64,000 nucleotides of DNA from Acidobacteriota bacterium (GTDB taxonomy: Bacteria > Acidobacteriota > Vicinamibacteria > Vicinamibacterales > UBA8438): positions 7,462 to 71,461 of the forward strand of contig VXRJ01000035.1 of NCBI GenBank assembly GCA_009838525.1, read 5' to 3'. The notes below the pieces were generated by a model that saw nothing but the letters and a program-made list of their open reading frames with translations, did not search any database and had not been told where the DNA came from. Positions 61,621-64,000 of this stretch are shown here, in pieces. The position numbers and the translations under genes were made by a program. Every line of letters begins with the position of its first letter. Position 1 is the stretch's first letter.

Positions 61621-63315
61621 GTGCGCATAGCCGCCATCGACATCGGCACCAACTCGGTCCACATGATCGTGGTGCAGGTTCGCGACGACCACTCGTTCGA
61701 GGTGGTCGACCGCGAGAAGGAGATGGTGCGCCTCGGCGCGGGCGGCCTGGGCGGTCGCGCGCTGACCGAGGCGACGAGGCGATCGGCACTGCTTGCGCTG
61801 GCCAGGTTCAAGCGCCTCGCCGACTCGCATCATGTCGATGAAGTGATCGGCTGCGCGACGAGCGCGGTGCGCGAGGCGGAGAACGGCCGGGAATTCCTTG
61901 CGGAGATCCAGCACCGGACCGGCATCCAGACCCGCATGATTTCGGGCAGCGAAGAAGCGCGCCTTATCCACCGCGCCGCGGTCTACGGCGTCGACGTGGC
62001 GGGGAGCGCCGCGGTGGTGGTCGATATCGGCGGCGGCAGCGTCGAACTGACCCTGGGCCGGGCGTCCCGGCCGCAGATCGCGGAGAGCCTGAAGCTGGGT
62101 GTCATCCGGCTGACCGAACGTTTCGTCCGGAGCGATCCGATCAGCGACCGCGACGAGCGGCGAATGGTACGCCACATCATGGCGGAGCTGGCTCCGGCCG
62201 TGACGAAGATCCGCGAGCAGGGCTTCGATCGGGTAATCGGCACCTCGGGCACGATTCTCAGCCTCGGCGCGCTGGCGGCGGACGCCGCGCGCGAGGATCG
62301 ACCCGACGAGCTCCGGAACCTGCGCGTGCCGGTGAAGCAGGTCCGACGGCTCCGCAAGGAGTTGACCGCCCTCGACCTGCCGGGGCGCATCGCCATCCCG
62401 GGACTCGATCCGCGCCGCGCCGATCTGGCCGTCGCGGGTTCGATTCTGCTGAGCACAATCCTCCGGCTCCTCGGTGCGCGGGAGTTGACGCTCTGCGATC
62501 TGGCGCTCCGGGAGGGGCTCGCGCTCGACTATATCGACCGGAACCGGGCTCACATCGCCAGGGTGGACCAGTTTCCCGACATCCGGCGCCGAAGCGTCGT
62601 GGAACTCGCCGACCGCTGCCGGGCCGAAGAACCCCATACGGAGCAGGTCGTGCGAATGGCCCTGGCCCTGTTCGATCAGACCGCGGCGTTACACGGCCTC
62701 GGCGCGCGCGAGCGTGAATGGCTGGAATACGCGGCGATGCTGCACGACGTCGGCGTCCACATCAGCTATCCGCGGCACCACCGGCATTCGTACTACCTCA
62801 TCAGGAACGGCGACCTGCGCGGTTTCGAGCCGGGCGAAGTGGAGGTGATGGCGCTCGCCGCACGCTACCACCGGCGCGGCTTGCCGAAGCGGTCGCACGG
62901 AGAGTTCGGCGGTTTGCCGGGCGACAAGCGGCGCACGGTCAGAGTGCTCGCGGCCATTCTGCGCGTCGCCGAAGGGCTTGACCGGAGCCACGCGCAAAGC
63001 GTGGGGTCGATAGAGGTGGTCGCGGGCCAGCAGGACTGTGTCATTCGCGTGACCCCGGCCGGCGATACGGAGCTCGAGCTGTGGGCCGCGCAGCGAAACG
63101 CCGGGCCGCTCGAGAAGCTGCTCGGCCGCGTCATCCGGTGCGAGCTCGCGATCACGGCGCCGGCCCGCCCCGCGTTGGCGGCCCGCGCCGCGCTGACTTC
63201 ATCGCCGGCACCTGACGGCCGGCGACGCGCCGATCTACAATCCCGCGGCAACCGGCTCCGCTCGACCACGCCCGCGGCGCGACCGAGCGGAACGGCGTCC
63301 GGGGAGTGGCCGTGA
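61621..63315 (+). CDS. ppx: Ppx/GppA exopolyphosphatase with C-terminal HD domain
   Basis: AAIDIGTNSVHMIVV N-terminus, and LHDVGVHISYPRHHRHSYY in the HD domain. Confidence 0.9.
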   Translation: MRIAAIDIGTNSVHMIVVQVRDDHSFEVVDREKEMVRLGAGGLGGRALTEATRRSALLALARFKRLADSHHVDEVIGCATSAVREAENGREFLAEIQHRTGIQTRMISGSEEARLIHRAAVYGVDVAGSAAVVVDIGGGSVELTLGRASRPQIAESLKLGVIRLTERFVRSDPISDRDERRMVRHIMAELAPAVTKIREQGFDRVIGTSGTILSLGALAADAAREDRPDELRNLRVPVKQVRRLRKELTALDLPGRIAIPGLDPRRADLAVAGSILLSTILRLLGARELTLCDLALREGLALDYIDRNRAHIARVDQFPDIRRRSVVELADRCRAEEPHTEQVVRMALALFDQTAALHGLGAREREWLEYAAMLHDVGVHISYPRHHRHSYYLIRNGDLRGFEPGEVEVMALAARYHRRGLPKRSHGEFGGLPGDKRRTVRVLAAILRVAEGLDRSHAQSVGSIEVVAGQQDCVIRVTPAGDTELELWAAQRNAGPLEKLLGRVIRCELAITAPARPALAARAALTSSPAPDGRRRADLQSRGNRLRSTTPAARPSGTASGEWP

Positions 63316-63566
63316 CGAGCGAGGCGCGTTGCGCCCACTGCCGGAAGCGGCCGGTCGATCCAGCGTGGCGGCCGTTCTGCAGTGAGCGCTGCCGCCTCTT
63401 CGACCTGCAGAACTGGCTTGACGGCCGCTACCGAGTAGCCGGCGGGCCGATGTCGGTCGCCGACGCGGCGGAGCAGGACGGCGGCGGGTTGGAGACGGAC
63501 GGCGGCGAAGGCCGCGACGGAGAACGACGGAAGGAAGGCGACAGGCAGACATGGGCGACACGCTGA
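63312..63566 (+). CDS. yacG: DNA gyrase inhibitor YacG (zinc finger)
   Basis: CAHCRKRPVDPAWRPFCSERCRLFDLQNW. GTG 63312 overlaps the ppx stop as GTGA; GTG 63306 is also possible. Confidence 0.8.
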   Translation: MTSEARCAHCRKRPVDPAWRPFCSERCRLFDLQNWLDGRYRVAGGPMSVADAAEQDGGGLETDGGEGRDGERRKEGDRQTWATR

Positions 63567-64000
63567 CCATTACCGACAACCGGACCGGGAAGCAGTACGA
63601 AGTACCGATTGTTGACGACACCATCCGGGCGATCGATCTGCGGAAGATCAAGGTGGATCCGGGCGAGTTCGGGATGATGACGTACGACCCGGCCTACCTG
63701 AACACGGCCAACTGCCGCAGCGCGATCACGTTCATCGACGGCGACAGGGGAATCCTCCGCTACCGGGGTTATCCGATCGAGCAGCTCGCGGAGCACAGTA
63801 CGTTTGTCGAGACGGCCTGGCTGCTGATCAACGGCGAGCTGCCGACGCAGACGGAGCTGGACGCATGGACGGCCGAGCTGGATCGGGAGGCGCTCGACGC
63901 CGGCTCGCCGCTCAACCGGCAGGTCGAGGCGTTCATGGGTGGTTTCGACGACGGCGCCCATCCCATGGGAATCTTCCTCGCGACGATCGGCGCTCTCTCC
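63551..64000 (+). CDS. gltA: Citrate synthase (5' partial; continues beyond the window)
   Basis: My own translation from ATG 63551 is MGDTLTITDNRTGKQYEVPIVDDTIRAIDL...ITFIDGDRGILRYRGYPIEQLAE...LLINGELPT. The frame is open to the window end. It is absent from the ORF track because it has no stop. Confidence 0.92.
   Translation, partial: MGDTLTITDNRTGKQYEVPIVDDTIRAIDLRKIKVDPGEFGMMTYDPAYLNTANCRSAITFIDGDRGILRYRGYPIEQLAEHSTFVETAWLLINGELPTQTELDAWTAELDREALDAGSPLNRQVEAFMGGFDDGAHPMGIFLATIGALS

Noticed and set aside
44-63566. Frequent TAG as evidence of stop-codon reassignment, pyrrolysine or suppression.
   Set aside because: TAG-terminated ORFs end where homologous families normally end (FdhD, FdnG, FdnI, FdhE, MoaC, PlsC, FadD). 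The downstream frames quickly hit other stops or run into intergenic repeats. No pyl genes or suppressor tRNA are visible.

Overview
High-GC bacterial chromosomal segment, densely coding on both strands, with no phage, plasmid, transposase or CRISPR hallmarks. I call 59 CDS (the last, gltA, runs off the window) and one tRNA-Leu(CAA). Lineage cannot be determined from the sequence; the gene content (DUF1592/DUF1552 pair, PQQ-like propellers, OPT transporter, BatA/MoxR cluster, CHAD-Ppx) suggests an Acidobacteriota/Gemmatimonadota/Myxococcota-like organism, which is inference only. Main content: (1) a formate dehydrogenase-N operon fdnG(Sec)-fdnH-fdnI-fdhE, where fdnG is split in the ORF track by an in-frame TGA that I read as selenocysteine, with fdhD and moaC elsewhere in the window; (2) a tightly coupled cluster of TPR-gluzincin, DUF4159, MoxR, DUF58, BatA-N, DUF4175-like, VWA/GATase1-like and zinc-ribbon genes; (3) a vapBC toxin-antitoxin pair divergent from nfeD-SPFH; (4) lytS/lytR-lepB-rex-moaC-fadD on the minus strand; (5) housekeeping genes (nadE, thiolase, CoA-transferase, amidases, carD, plsC, ppx, yacG, gltA). 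Observations not explained by gene calls: (a) twelve genes carry a TAnnnT -10-like hexamer only 5-9 nt upstream of the start codon, suggesting widespread leaderless transcription, including back-to-back boxes in 33-65 nt divergent spacers; (b) TAG is the majority stop codon (29 of 56 complete CDS); (c) two families of short GC-rich intergenic repeats abut or supply stop codons; (d) three dispersed paralogs of a secreted CHEGN-motif protein of unknown function, one co-operonic with an OPT transporter and an orphan PqqD-like gene; (e) a small coiled-coil/AT-hook-like protein and an NHL gene lacking a canonical start lie next to the tRNA. All functional calls rest on motif recognition by eye; no database search was run.
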